Below are positions 25,501 through 39,900 of a DNA stretch of 64,000 bases, piece by piece. The translations under genes and the position numbers were made by a program. The number at the start of each line of letters is the position of its first letter. Within the stretch, counting starts at the first letter, position 1. The notes beneath the pieces were generated by a model, which saw nothing but the letters and a program-made list of their open reading frames with translations, was not told where the DNA came from and searched no databases. The DNA comes from Cycas panzhihuaensis (lineage: Eukaryota > Plantae > Cycadophyta): NCBI GenBank assembly GCA_023213395.1, contig CM041465.1, forward strand, positions 82,777,741-82,841,740, in the 5' to 3' direction.

Positions 25501-27690
25501 ACAAGTATTTGATTTTAGTATAACATATAAAAAGGGGAAGGATAAGGTTGTTGTTGACACTCTTTCTTGTCTTCCCCTTGAGCTCACAATTTAGGCGATC
25601 AACAAACCCAAACCTACATGGCTCACAAACTTGACAACTACCATCTAGTCCCAACTAGATAATGCCCAATGGTCAACAAAACCCCTCACACAAAAGGACT
25701 AGTTTCTCCATAATGACCTCCTGTTGTACAAAAAACATATTTGCGTTTACCCTTCTGCCCCTTTCGTTTCTCAAATCGTGTTTGAATTGTTGAGAATACA
25801 AGGTCCCAACCCTTTAGCTGCCACCAAGATCTATTGCATTCTTGCAACTAGTTGCAGAAATCGAAACTTAAAATTACATGCAAGTTCTAAAATCAAAGAT
25901 TATACAATAACATGAAAATGAAATCCAAACATCACATATGCACCCAATGTAACGTGGTAAAACCCTAGCAGTGTGTTAGGGAAACATCCACACAGGAAAG
26001 GTATCAATCTTTATTGTTGTAGAATGGAGAAATAGTACATCTCAATAGCAGAGTGCTTTTAGGAACAACAACCAGTCACCGCCCTCATCACGGTACATTA
26101 CATTACATACAGCATAATAAGAAAAAGCCCTAAATCGGGCTATATGAGAGGGACATCCAAGGCATGAATCTCAACCATAGAATCTAGGGTATTTGTATCG
26201 ACGACCCTGATTCTCTTTACATTTTAATATGGTTTACAGGGCTAATTTTTTGAGTCGGGGGCTATTGCCTCCGAACCCCCTCTTAGCGGGGGGCATTCCA
26301 TGCCCCCCGCACCCCTTGGCCAAGGGGGGCTCCCGCCACCCTTGGAACCCCCCGAGAAAGATTAGGGGGGGAAACCGCGCCGAAAACATGCCAAACTTTT
26401 AGCCCCAAAATATTGTTGTCACAATATCCAACATAAATATTATTCCTCCCTTATTGGCGGCCACTCGGGTTTTTATAAGACTTGCTGACTCATTCACACT
26501 AATTTTTACTGGCCACATATGAAGTTGACAATCCTTACATTTGTGGCAAAATGTGACATATGCTAGTGCAACAAAGTCAACACAAAAGCCCAACTCGATC
26601 TTCTCCAACCCTTAAACATTCACCAGAGCAAATGGCAAGACATTGCACTGGACTTTATCATGAGCCTTCCATTATCTGCTAAGTTTGAATCTATTTGGGT
26701 CATCATAGATAGGCTAACCAAATATGCTCATTTTCTGCTAGTACACACCTCCTATAAAGTCATCTACCTTGTTGATACATGCATTCAATCTATTTTCCAC
26801 CTCATGGGTTTCCGTCAACAATTGTATGTGACCAAGATACAAAATTTACTAGCCTGTTCTTGTAAGAGCTTTTTCGTGGCTTAGTAGCTTGTTCAACATG
26901 AGCTCAACCTATCATCTTGAAACCATTGGACAATTTGAGGTCTTCAACAAAACTCTAGGAACATACTTGCTTTGCTTTATCTCAAAACACCAAAGTAAAT
27001 GGTCCTCCTAGTTTATGCTTCCTAAGTATTGGTATAACTCCTCCCACCACTCTGCCATTGGCATGTCGCCATTTATGGCTCTATATGGGTACCCACCATC
27101 TTCCCACCGCACCCTTGCAACCAACCTCCGAACAACAATTGTCTATCAAAAATTAGAAGACATGGATCAAATCTTGCACATTCTCAAGCAAAACCTAGTT
27201 TTTGCACAAAATCGGATGAACCAGTGGCTGACTACACTGTTCTGATCAAGAATTTGTAATAAGTGACATGGTGTTCCTTCAACTTCAACTGTACAAGCAA
27301 CATTCTCTCCATAAGAATAAAAATCACAAGCTCAAGCCTCGCTACTATGGTCCATATAAAGTTATTCAAAGTATTGGTCAAGTTGCTTATGCCCTTGAGC
27401 TCCCACCCGACACCAAAATCTATCATGTTTTTCATGTCTCTTGCTTGAAAAAGTATCTTGCCAAAGTTGTTATTCCCTAGAATACTCTCCTCATTCTTGA
27501 TGAAGAATAAGTCTTCATGGTGCCTCTAGATCACATCTTGGCTACAAGGCAATGCCGTTTTCATAGTTGGGCCATCTTCAAGTATTTGGTATAATGGGTC
27601 TGTTGTGATCCGAAAGAGGCAACATGGGAATCAATAGAATTTGTGAATTGGTATCTACATCTCCTTCATTTCATGGACTCAACATCTTAG
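22562..27690 (+). pseudogene. gag-PR-RT-RH-INT-chromodomain, decayed, interrupted by a solo LTR
   Basis: ILGVQWL, FFDDIL, GGHSG, YYGPY, HVFHVSCLKK, YLV*W...EATWE. Confidence 0.92.
25788..26433. mobile_element. Solo LTR (646 bp) inserted in the integrase zinc finger
   Basis: TGTTG...CAACA ends; TSD TGAAT/TAAAT; removal restores QIVFEYYSSLIGGHSG. Confidence 0.88.
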
Positions 27691-28540
27691 GGGAGGGGAC
27701 CTGTTACATAATTGTTTGCTAAACTGTGGAGCTTGACTGCTGGCACATGTGACCCAGTAACTAGATTGTTAGTGTTGGCCATTAACTTTTGTGCACAGGT
27801 CATTTAGTCTTGCCAATAGTATTGTAGGCCACTTCTCTCACCAATAAGATTCTATATAAAGTGGTCATCATTGCCTATTTAAGTCTCGAAAAATGTACAT
27901 GGTTCATTATGTTGAAAGAATATCAAGAGATCATATACTTGTACGTTTTGGTGCCCATTTGGTCTTCAAATTTGTGCTCATTTTTGTATTTGGTTTACTT
28001 ATTTTGCTAAAGTGAATGATTTAAGCCATTATCTTGTGTTCTTTTGATCTTCTAATCTATTGTTGTATAAAGAATACTCAGGAAAGACACGTTCCAATAA
28101 ATGGTGAAGAGGGTGAGAGACTCCTAGGAGATTGGTTGGTTGGCAAGTAGTCCCTGACCCAAAATAGGAGTAATGTCAACTCAATAACCATGTGGGCAAT
28201 GGGAGTCTCTCAAAGTTGGTTCAAAGGCATTTTGACCCCTTCGATGGTGAGTTGCATGATTCAATCTAATCTAGGGATGAGGTTAGGGAAGGGAGTTGGC
28301 TCTAATCTCTCATATTCTCTTCATAAATATGATGACTCAATTAACTTCAATACATGACCCAAGAAAGAAGGTGGAGAACTGGGTGGAAGAGAATACAAGA
28401 GTTGACAACGGTCCCAAGAAAGTTTTACAAAAGGCCAACACGAATTATTGAACAATTAAAAGCAGAAGGGTGCTATCATTCTACTTAGACTTATATAGAA
28501 CCCAATTTTAAGTTTTTAGAGGAGCTTTAAGGGTAGGCCA

Positions 28541-28615
<75 letters not shown>
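28541..28615. repeat. Compound (AT)n(GT)n microsatellite
   Basis: Directly visible. Confidence 0.97.
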
Positions 28616-29565
28616 AAACATTACATTCTTAGGTGACTACCTAAGAAAAAAGATACGTTATATACAAAGGGTAAGTGGAACAAGCTCCTCTTGGCCAACT
28701 AGTCTAATGGTGCCCATTGAACTCCGCAATGATGAGTTGCGTGGAACCTAAGGGAGGGAGTCTGGGCATTGGAAGGATCTAGGTTCTATACCCAATGCTA
28801 TTTAAGATGAGATGACTCAATAAAGATAGACTCAACACAAAACAAGGTTACAGGAGTTGATGGTTCGGGTATGAAACCCTCAACCTAAGCAAAAGAAGAT
28901 GGAGGCAATCTAAACACAACAAGCCCTGATGAAACAACATAAGGAGACCTATTCCCCAATAAGTCGAATGAGTGGATCTAATTTTTCCGTTTAAGAAGTG
29001 CCCATGCCTAGTAGTCATTGGCAATCTTCAATAGATAAAGTTTTCAAACAATTTTCTCATAATTCACTCATGGCATATACAATGGATGCTAATATCTCCA
29101 TTTACCCATATAAAAGTAGCCCCTCATAGTAGTGACTAATGTGGCCATTGTCACACTCATCACACTGATCTCGTGGCTTTACAATGCTGAAGATTTGTGT
29201 GGAAAATTCGAAGATGGTCAAACTCAACAACCCTATGCCTACGACTGGTCAACAAGCAACAATTTAAGAGATTCAGGAGGAAGTGAGTTCTCCATGAAGG
29301 TGGCTGATCAATCCTCATGAATACGGTATGATTCATGAGGGTGGGAGTGGCTCTAAATCCTAGGAATTCTTTAACTCATAACTCTTTTTAGGCTGAATGG
29401 AAGGGGAAGAATTCTTAGACTGTTTTCCTATGGTATTAGTATAACTCAGCCTCCAAAAAGGAAAGCATAAAGTAGAAAATAACATGTAAGTTTCTATTTA
29501 TACTAACCTATAGGGCAAGATTTTATTGATAGGCATTAAGTATCATGTTTTCCAAGTAGTTTGTT

Positions 29566-29790
29566 TCATGTTTCTAGGAGCATGGAGTGGAAACAGTGAG
29601 CCAAATAGTGAATATAGCACAAAGCAGAGGTTAAAGTAGGGCTATGTGAAACACAACTACTAATAACTTGATCAACTAACAACTGCAAATTAGAGTAGAG
29701 GGCAACATACTTCACATTCGATGAAATGGAAAATCGCATGGCAACAATGATAGCTTCAAACTCAACCAAGTTATTGGTAGCATGATCAAG
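29566..29790 (-). pseudogene. RNase H fragment of the archaeal-like/RVT_3 type (Tat retrotransposon or plant LINE)
   Basis: TNNLVEFEAII...LYSNLQLLVDQV...SPTL...F pattern matches TNN.AE..A...SDSQL.V.QV. Confidence 0.7.
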
Positions 29791-30559
29791 ATACTTTCCA
29801 GTGACTTCAAAGAGATCTCTGTTGGAGTCTAGAATAATCTAGGCAGGCACAGATAGACATGATTTCCTTGGGAAGCACAATCCATGTAAATGGGCTAAGG
29901 TTGAATAGTTGACATGATGGTGACATAACATGTTTATCTAAAAGGTAAAGCAAAGCTTTGGGTAAGTAAATTGGTGGAAGAGGATAACTTTTGTGTGTAG
30001 AGGATTTTTGCAAACAATAATTCAGTACAAGATTGCAATCATCAGTATAATCGGGATTAGGATTATAATCAGGATTACAATCATAATCATGATCAAGACT
30101 CCAAGTGGTTAATGGATTGTAGTTGGAAGTACAATCAGGATAAAGATTATAGTTTTTTTAAAATTGAATTAACCATATACTAATTAGTTATTTTTACTAT
30201 TTTATAATGGAATGACAATTATAATTCTCAGGTGTATAAATATTAACTTTTGTTATAGTTAATATGACTCGTAGGTTAGGTCTCGTTTCTTTTTCTTGCT
30301 TGTAATGGCAATTGGTTGACTTCTCTTCTTGATTCTGATTCCACATTTTGTACTGTCTTGGAACTACATCTAGTTGTAAGAGAACTAGATGTAGTTCCCT
30401 CTTTAGTGACAAAGAAGCTATTGGATTGCATCAAATTTGACGTACATATTCTGAGATTGATATATGTATTCTTGTGTTTTTAAGGCCCTTTCAGTATAAT
30501 GATACAAGTTAGATAGCATAATACACATTGTTTTCATTGCTTTTCAATTGAACCTTGGG

Positions 30560-32388
30560 TGAAAGGCACAAAGATAATATGAACATTAAAGGCTAGGAGC
30601 AGATGAGGTCTCTCCATGCCCCCAAAGAATAATTTTAGAAGGAAGAGAGAAACACATTAGGAATGTAATGACCCTTGGGCGAACAAAAAGACACAAGGTG
30701 GCACACATAGACTAAGATTCTTTATTCCACAAAGGAGGCAGGTGAAGAGGAGACCACTTGCAAGGTCAACAGTAGCAAGGAAATCAACCCTAGAAGATAT
30801 AGAAGAAGATACAAAGTTTACAGAACTAGATGCTCCTAGACAACAAGTCCTAGTTTGAGATTTGCTTAAAGAAGTGAAAACACAAACGGGGATAGACATA
30901 AGAATTCCAGAAAAAGATTAACGGTATGCATTGGAGAAAGACTCTACAAGTGAAGGAAGCCAACGATCGAATACAGTGATGTAAAACTTCCTTGGAGACA
31001 TCCTATGGATCACACAAAAATATTTTAGAGGAAGGACTTGGCCTATTTTTGTGTTATCCATAGGATGTCTCCTAATAGAAGACTTCCTTTTTGGCTTGTG
31101 TGACTCGCCAACTTGTGACAGAGCTAAGCCATCACTCTTAGAAACCTCCATTAGTTTTGGAACAAATTCAACAATTGGAAGACCAACTTTGATAGGCATA
31201 AAACAAAACCATTATGACTAAGGAGAAGCTAGACTTTTTATGCCAATTCATCTTGGACTGGGTGGATGATGTATCTGTGATTGGGAAATAGATGGAAAAA
31301 TTTAAAGCACAATTTAGTTTACAGATTCCCTAAGGATTGGAAACTATAATTTATAAGTTAGGTGGATGGATATTTAAGACATATGAAGATTTGTAGGAAT
31401 GCAACCTACTATGGAGAAGAATACATGCCCTTCAAAGGGAATTAAAAGTTGCAAAGGATCTAACCAGGGATTTGCATGATGATATATCTCAGCTATAGAG
31501 TAGAGAACTAGTGAATAAAAAATAGTTGCTAGCCTAATATGATGTTTTGCAGCTCTATGACTTTGTCAAGGCAAAAGGATGGACACCACCACATTTAATT
31601 GTTCACCCAAATCTTGTCTACTTGCAGAGGGAAATGACTAAATTCAAGCAAGCAAGGAGGGAAACATAGGAAGTGTTGAAAGGAAAGAGTTCGCGGCATT
31701 GAAGTTTCAAATTTTGGGAGGAAAGGAGAGTTGGGGGAAATTTTGAGGTCAAGTGAGGACACTTGATGGTGTTGTGATAGGGGAGATGTATGCAGAGGAA
31801 AAGACTATAGTGCAAACAAAGTTCTAAATTGTAATATCGAGCATGAGCAAAGTGTTAGATTACAATCCAGAGTACGAATAGAGCCTTAGATTGCAATTTA
31901 GAGTGTGAGCAAAGGTGCAATCAAGATCCTAAATTGCAACTCGAGTTGCAATCAAGACCTTAAATTGCAACCCAAGGTGCTAGGAGGACCCTAGATTGCA
32001 ATTCAAAGCAGGAGCTTTGACTCCAATCACAACCTAGATTATAATTAGGAGTGTAATTAGTGAAGCAAACATAATTAAATGAGATTTCGACTAATTGTAA
32101 AATAAGGTAATTAGTTTGGTGAACGGAAGTAGTGTATATTTTCAGAATATAAATGTACTTTGGGTGCTAACTTAATCATCGGTTGGGTTAGGATTGATAT
32201 CTTCTTGTTGTAATAGTTGAAGTCGACTTTTGCCTATATTGGGTCCTCTTTTGTACTATTTCGAGACTGCGTCTGGTTGTGAGAGAACCAAATGCAGTGC
32301 TCGCTCTTGTGTACCTAAGTTGAATCACTTGTGTTCTTTCATTTGAATTTTATTGAATGTTCCGTCTAGTTAGATAGAGGAGCACACA
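30560..32388 (+). mobile_element. 3' end of a diverged relative of the 3494-13565 element (extra ORF, PPT, 3' LTR 31787-32388)
   Basis: Extra-ORF homolog; purine tract AGGGGAGA before TGTATGC...GCACACA; shared TCTGGTTGTGAGAG hairpin; TAGATTGCAAT-core repeats 31820-32050. Confidence 0.85.
31142..31670 (+). pseudogene. Homolog of the extra-ORF C-terminal domain
   Basis: Hand translation from 31226: KLDFLCQFILDWVDDVSVIGK*MEKFKAQFSLQIP*GLETIIYKLGGWIFKTYEDL*ECNLLW. Confidence 0.88.
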
Positions 32389-33809
32389 ATGCCCCAACTC
32401 ATTAGGTGGTACGAACCACCATGCCAACATGAAAATTGTGTCCAAGGCTTATTTTTAGACAACACATGACCACACATGATAGCCTATCCTCCTTTGGATT
32501 GATTATGCAACTAGAGTCATCCTAGAAGCACTAGCCATGAGCAAATCTAGGTGGTGATAGTGAGGGAGGAGGTCACAACTCACTTGCCCTTATTGGGTAC
32601 CCAATCACCACTCCTTTGGGCTTGGTCTCTTGCCAACTCGGGAGTGCCATCATGACTCAACACACACAATGTATGCCTCTGTAGGACTTACAACCACACA
32701 GACATGCCTTAAGCCACTTTCCAAAGGACTTGTAAACCCACATAGGATATGCCCAAGCCATCAATTTGGTCTCATGGTCCAACTAGGGACATGCCAAGTC
32801 TCTCATGGGTCCACTAATCATCCACCTAAGAGACATGGATGCTAAGTAAGCATCCAACACTCCTTATATATAGTTCACCCTACTGCAAACATCTTCTCCC
32901 CAGGTTTCTCCACATAGGACTACAAATTCATAAGTCATGGTTTAGTAATTTCACACCTAATCAAAGTTTGTATAGCGTAAAAGTAACGATGAACACATAA
33001 CCTCTATTATTTCATCATTCATATTTACATCATTAAGAGCATAAATAGCCATAGAAATAAAATCCATACCAAACTAAGGATTCATTTACCATGCATGCAT
33101 AATTCCCAAGAGAATAATGAATCACATAAATTATTTCAAACATCAAAACCCCATTCTATCAAATAGGTTCAATTTATTTATGTCCAACACAATTGGCCAT
33201 ATGCCAAAATTACCTAACTAGGGTTTGGACCCATTTATGGAGGTTTAACTATCAAGATGAATTTTTAACCATTAAGAATAATGGTTTTGAAATATCAATC
33301 CACCCAAACTATTTAGCAATGATATTTAACCATAGCCATAAAGTTTCAAAACTTTCTTTATCCATTGAAATATTAGGTTTTCTCATGTCATTGCTTATGC
33401 ATGAGCTATTCTAGGAACAAACTGCCACTTCTTTTTGCTATATAAGCCGTCCCAACTAGTTGTTCCAACCATTCCCCTAAATAGGGTTTTATATTTAAAT
33501 GTTTATTGGCATTCATTTCCCATATTTTGGGATGGTTTTATCAGTAGAATGCTTTTTTCATATGTGTAGGCCAATTTTTGAAAATTAGTCAAGTTGGTCA
33601 CACATGGGGCCCACTTGACTGCATACATAGTGAGCATCCAATTTAGAACATATTTTAAAAATTTTCAAAATTAAAATTTTGAGTTGATTCACCTCAAATT
33701 TTGATATTTGGTTATGATATAATAGATTTTAGAATTTTAATGGGACATCCATGTAAAATTTATAAAAACTATATAAGCATCAAACCCTATTTGGGTTTAG
33801 GGCATCTAC

Positions 33810-35272
33810 TTGCCTTTCCCTTCTTCGGTGTAAACCAAGAACCAATCAAGCATATTATATAGATAATTTACTCTTTGTACTTGGAATGATAAGAAGCCTA
33901 ATTTTTGTAAGTCAAATTGATAAGCAACAATTGGATGTGTTATTCCATAATAGACAATGCTTCATCATAAATCAACAAGGATAGGTGATTGCTATAGGAC
34001 ATGAAGAAAATGGTCTCTACAAATTGGATATCTCACCTAAACATTCTCATGCCTTTGTCTCACAAACAATGTCCAAAGATCGTTTATGCTATGAAATATT
34101 GTGTCATCTAAATCTAAATAGCATCAAGCTAATATTTCAACTTAATATGGTGCATGGTTTTCCAACAATCTCATAAGAAAAATGTTTCTGCAAAGCCTAT
34201 TTAATGGGGAAACAGTATCAAGAAGCTTTTGAATCAAATAAAGCATAGCATGCTCAAAAGCCTTTGGAATTGGTACATTCAGATATCTATGAAAAAATAT
34301 CTACACCATCTTTTAATGGAGCATCATATTTCATTACTTTTATTAATGATTTTTTGAGAAAGTATGGGTCTATTTCATCAAGTAAAATCCGGAAACCTTA
34401 GCCAAGTTTAAGGAATTTAAACTTGAAACTGAAAAAGAAGTTGGATTACCAATCAAAGTCCTTAGGATAGATAATGGTGGTCAGTACACATCCAAGGACT
34501 TCACACAATTTTGCAAAAACAATGGCATCAAAAGACAATTTTTGGCAGCCCACACTCCTGAAAGGATGAACAGAACACTTGTTAGCAAAGCCAAAGCAAT
34601 GTTGGTAGCTAAAACTTTTACAATAACTTTTTAGGCAGAAGCAATTAACATAGTTTCTTATCTTACAAATAGGTGCACTAGAAAGGCAATTAGGAATATC
34701 ACACTTGAGGAGGCTTGGACTAGCAGAAAGTCAACTGTTAGTCACTTAAGAACTTTTGGATGCACTGCATATATGCACATTCCTATAGAACAAAGAAAGA
34801 AAATTGATGACAAAAGTCTTAAAAGCTTCTTTATTGGCTATGCTACTTGTTGTGAAGCCTACAAATTATGTGATTCAATAACTAAGAAGGTGCATGAATC
34901 ATGAGATGTTGTCTTTGCAGAAGATAACAAAGAACTATATCTTAGTCAAATCCAATTTCCCCATAGTAAAACTATAATTGAGGGTCTAGACCCCGTTGAT
35001 CCTTTAACATCATATTCACCAAGCCCTTCCTCAATGCCTACTACATCTTCTTCAGAACCTTCTACATTACCTTTAGGTACTTAAAGTCCCAATGACAACA
35101 CTACAAGAACTTCAAGAATATAGGAATCTATTCAGCCTGAGGGTATTGAAGTCATTGTGACAATCAAGCAACTTCCAACGTGGTACGTTCAAACCATTTC
35201 TAATGCTCTACCACCTCCAACTGATGTAAAGAGAAAATCTAAAATGTGCTTTGACACCAATTTTGCACTTAT
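33810..35272 (+). pseudogene. Ty1/Copia fragment (GAG-pre-integrase and integrase), similar to 54450-58640
   Basis: GHEENGLYKLD, LELVHSDI, LRIDNGGQY, ERMNRTL, HLRTFGCTAY; cut off by an LTR at 35273. Confidence 0.9.
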
Positions 35273-38200
35273 TGTTGGGGAAAAATCTAGCACATGGGCC
35301 ATTTTGGATAGTGGAAAAGTAGGAATGCATGCTTATCCTAACCTAGGGAATGGAGGAACACATAAGTAGAAGGATGCACAAGGGAACACATGTCAAAAGT
35401 CCATGAAAGTGCCAAAAGGAAGTTGTCAAGGAACATATGATAGGGTGCATTCCCGAAAGGAACACATTACTAACAGGAACGCATGTAGAACATATAGTGA
35501 CGAACATATGGAATGCATGTCCAGAATTGAGCCGTACATTCTAGAGCTAATGATGTCACCACAAGGCATGCGTTCATATGGTCGTGTGGGCAAAATAAAG
35601 TGTAATTAATGATTATGTAATGTAATTAAAGTGAAAGGAACTTTGCTATGAAAGGGAATGGTTGTGACCACAAGTCACAACCATTCCCTAAAAGACATGT
35701 AAATGGGTATTTATTGATTATTTTACTACCATTTTGGTGTAAGAGAGAAGTCAATTGATCACAAGTCATCTGCTCTAGTGTGAGAGCCGAGCATTTGAGT
35801 CTTGTGTCATGTTCTCAAGGGTGTGAGAGCCAAATTATTATATTGGATGATATGGTTTTGTATGGAACGCATGTCAAACATTCCTTTCTAGTGATGTATA
35901 GACATTGATAGTGATATTGCTTATTGAATTAACGAGTTGCATGGAAATATTGTGTATCTTGTGCATGATGAATGTGGATTATGAATTTATATGGATATAT
36001 TGATTGATATGATGGTATGATGATGACTTGATGTTATGATGTTTGTATGGGGAGTGATAACATGACTATGTTGATCGAGCCCTAACTAGACTACTAGATG
36101 GTGACTCCCCTGACAAGTGTACTTTTGTTAGGATCAAATTGGAGACCTATATGCCCAAAAGAAGGAATGTATGATAAATGAGGTTTAATATGATTGGATA
36201 AATGCAAGAGAATCACCCAACAAGCATCCGAGATGAGGGGCGCATGACACAGAAGTAGGAATAGTGTAAGAATGTTTAACAATGAACATAGAACATTGTG
36301 TGTTCTGTTATAGGAATGCACAATAGATGTAGAACACACATGGATTACTCAATACAAAAGCAAGCTACATGGACAGAATTATACGAATGCATGTGTGGAA
36401 GACCAACAGACATGATGATTAACCATTGGATTAACTATCAAAGGGTATGCGTTATGGAAAAGGAATGGTTATGACTTCTGGTCACAACCATTCCCCAACA
36501 AGCAAACATATGTTATTTAAACATACTTGCATAGCCATTTCATTGTGAGAGCCAAGTTATTCATTCCTATGCCATCTGCTCTAGTGTGAGAGCTGAGTTA
36601 TTCAATCTTGTGGGACTTGGTCTGGTATGGATAACCAGCCAAGCATTGTATGGTCAATATTACATGAGAAAGTATGATGTAAAATAATGATTTTATTCAA
36701 CAAAATATCAAAGTTATGAGGAATATATATCTTCTATGTGTTTCTATTGATATGATGATGAATGTATGATAATATGATGTGATTGTGTTTATACTATGGA
36801 CTTATGAGGCATGTTATGAGATAGTGACCCGCATGTTGACCATGAGCCCAATCTAGACTACACTGGAAAACCCTTGACAAGTGCATTTTCCTCAGGGCCA
36901 GGAGAAGAGTCAACATTGGTTTCGTTGCCTAAGTCCACTAGCGAAGGGAAAAAGGAAGTTGAAACCCTCTATGCATAAAGATTAAGTCACCCTGGCTATC
37001 ACAGTGATGGCAAGCTCTAACTAAGCCTCAACAGCTAGGGGGACCTTCCAATGCCACCTAAATGGCGTTTGAAGGTGGAGAAGTCACAGACAAAACCTAA
37101 GGGGATAGCAAAATTAAGCAGATAGAAAGTTTTAAGGTGGTCAAAGGAGGAAAAAACTAAGAAGGGCAAGGAGATTGAGTGTAAGAAAAAGGGAAGATCA
37201 AATAGAAACAATGGAAGAATCTGAGGCAAGTAACACCTAGGCACCACAAAATATAAAAAATGAAGGCCAAGGGGAGCCAATGACAATCGCACCTGCGCCA
37301 AAGAAGTTTTACAATTTTGATATAGAAAGAATAGAAAAAGGGAAAGAAATAAAAAAGGGAAGAGGAGAAAACCTTGAGGAAAATAGTAAACGAAAGGAAA
37401 TAAAAACCCCCAAAGAGGAACCAAGTTTGGACTCTACTCCAAAGGACTTGAGTGAGAATGAAGATAAGGCAGAGGAAGGTACCTGGGCATATTGGGAGAA
37501 CTATTTAATAAGACAATTGTTTGAGGATCCACCAAAGAGAAGGTCATATCGGTCATTCCTGATAACAACTCCATTAGTGGTAGAGATACCAGGAATCCCG
37601 AAATTCACACAATTAAAAACATGAATTCAGAATCCACCCTTTAAAAGGGAGAACAGTGGAGAAGGGACACCATTAAGTGGACCATACAAAAAAATTTCAG
37701 AGGAAAAAGACATAACCCCACCACCAAGGGGGAACCAAGTAAACAACTTCAAAATGGCACATCATAAAGAATTTAGGAAACTCATCTTTGATGATACTTC
37801 ATATGCAGCCGATCCAATATATTTATTTTAGAGATTGATAAACTTTGAGAAGATTTTGGATGAAGTAGAAATTAAAGAAAGGTCTGCATATTCATTAAGG
37901 GGTGTCAACTAGCTTGGTACAAGAAATTGGACCCAGTTAAGCCATGGGATGAGATCAAAAAAGAATTTGGGGAAAGATCTTTAAAATATTGGAACAATGA
38001 CATAATCGAGCTACCCTTGAGGGAAATCCAACAAAAACGAGGAGAATCTATATTGACATACATAAGTTGGATTGATATGATAACATCCACCATGAACAAA
38101 GGAGAGAAGATTACGGATTTAAGTACAAGAACTTGTTTTGTAAATGGATTAAACACCAAGTTAAGGAATGTGATGGCTTCATATCCACTCAAATCATACC

Positions 38201-39900
38201 AAAATGCGCAGGAGCTAGCATTAGATTTTGAGAAGGAAATTAACACTAAGAGGATAGCATACAATCTCCTCATAGTGAGACTTTAGAAAGAAATAAATGA
38301 ATTATAGAGTCAAAATCTCAATAGACCCTTCTTCCAAGTGGCAAAATCAGGAGAAAGTTCGGAAATAGAAGCCCCGAGAAAGGAAGTTGCAAGGCTTAAG
38401 CTACAAGAGCATAAAGCCTAGGAGAACATTGAAGAAGAACCTATCAAGCATCAAATGAAGGAGGCCCTAATTGAAAAGTGGTGTCACATTTGCGAGAAAA
38501 ACACACACTCTACAAAGGAATGTGAGTGTAATGCAAGATCAAGAAAGTAGAATAGTTGGTGTCATATTTGTGACCAAAATTCTCACAATACCCGAGACTA
38601 TTATCATAATACCAGAAGCACAAACTCCAAAGGTAGAGGATGGGGAAGAAGTAACCCTATCATATGAACAATCTATACAACCTGCACATAGCCAGAGAAT
38701 TCAAAAGGAAAACCTCCCTTGGAAGATATTTGGTGTGTTTGGAATACAGGCATTGGAAATCAAACTGCCCGGTGGCAAAAATCTAGAAGGAATTCCCATA
38801 CACCTGTAAAAATTATGGACCGAGTATGCATACCACAAAAGAATGCAAGGGCAAGGGTAAATCTCTTAATGGGGTAACAATCATATCAAATGCTTCCAAG
38901 AATATTAACTTGCAAAACAAGAAGCAAGCAAGTGAACAAGGTTACCCCAATTCGAAAGTAGAGATTGATCAATTTGTTGTTTGCAAAGAAAGCTCTAGAG
39001 GATGCTGCCAGGGAAGAAGCAACCAAAACCTTACTACTAGGGAATAAGAAGTATATAAGTGAAAGAATAAAGGGGTTGAGGCAAAATCATCTAAGAAAAC
39101 CATAGAAAGCAATTCATATGTCTCGGCCACAAAGTCAAAAGAGCTCTTGCAAAAACTTGTAATGATGGAAGACTTAGTGAAACAACTAAAGCTAACCATT
39201 TCATTAGAACATATGATAAAATAGATAAACCTTCATGTGATCTTGACCCTTCAGTAAACATGAACATTTTGGGGATCACATTGCAAAACGTCATTGTTGA
39301 TCGAGGAGCTACAGTAAATGTATTACCAACACAAACATGGAAGAAACTGGAGAGTCCCCAATTGACACCCATAAATTATTCGTTAAAGCTGGCAAATGAG
39401 TTACTAATAAAACTCGTGGATCAATTAGAGAACATCCAAGTAAATGTAGTAGGAATCATAGTGCTAGTAGACTTTACCATTGTTGACATGGTAAAGAATA
39501 TGGTAGCCTATCCAACCCTACTCGGCAGACCATGGTTCTATTAGATAGAATGCTTGAAAAGCTAGAAAGATGTAACTTTTACCTTGACAGATGGAGGTAA
39601 TGAAATAATTATTCCCACATTGGCCAAGGGAAAATACACTATAGAGGTGGTCCTAGATAATGCATCCAGTACAATGATAGCAAGTGCAGAGACATCTTCA
39701 ATCTTTGACGAGGCAAATCTCTACCACACAACGAAAGAAAACATGAATATAAACGACTCACAAGAATATGAGCCAAATTATTATGGAGAATTACCATTGA
39801 AAAGTTCATCGAATAAAGGAGATACAATGAATATGGTTAATTATTGGATGAATAATTCATATGAGGCACAACCTCTCTCATATCGTTGTAATTTGTAATC
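35273..39900 (+). mobile_element. 5' part of a second tRNA-Glu-primed Gypsy (bipartite LTR 35273-36915, gag, protease), truncated
   Basis: TGTTG...CAACA; degenerate PBS TGGTTTCGTTGCC 36917-36929; WCHIC knuckles 38478-38600; IVDRGATVNV...YPTLLGRPW. Confidence 0.85.

Larger units (their letters stand above)
20777..28096 (+). mobile_element. Full-length degenerate chromovirus-type Gypsy
   Basis: LTRs 20777-21173 and 27702-28096; TSD GTAAA/ATAAA; PBS TGGTATCA at 21176; PPT AGGGGAGGGGA 27689-27699. Confidence 0.93.

Noticed and set aside
28097-29500. Distinct element or gene
   Set aside because: Too decayed; no motif I can support
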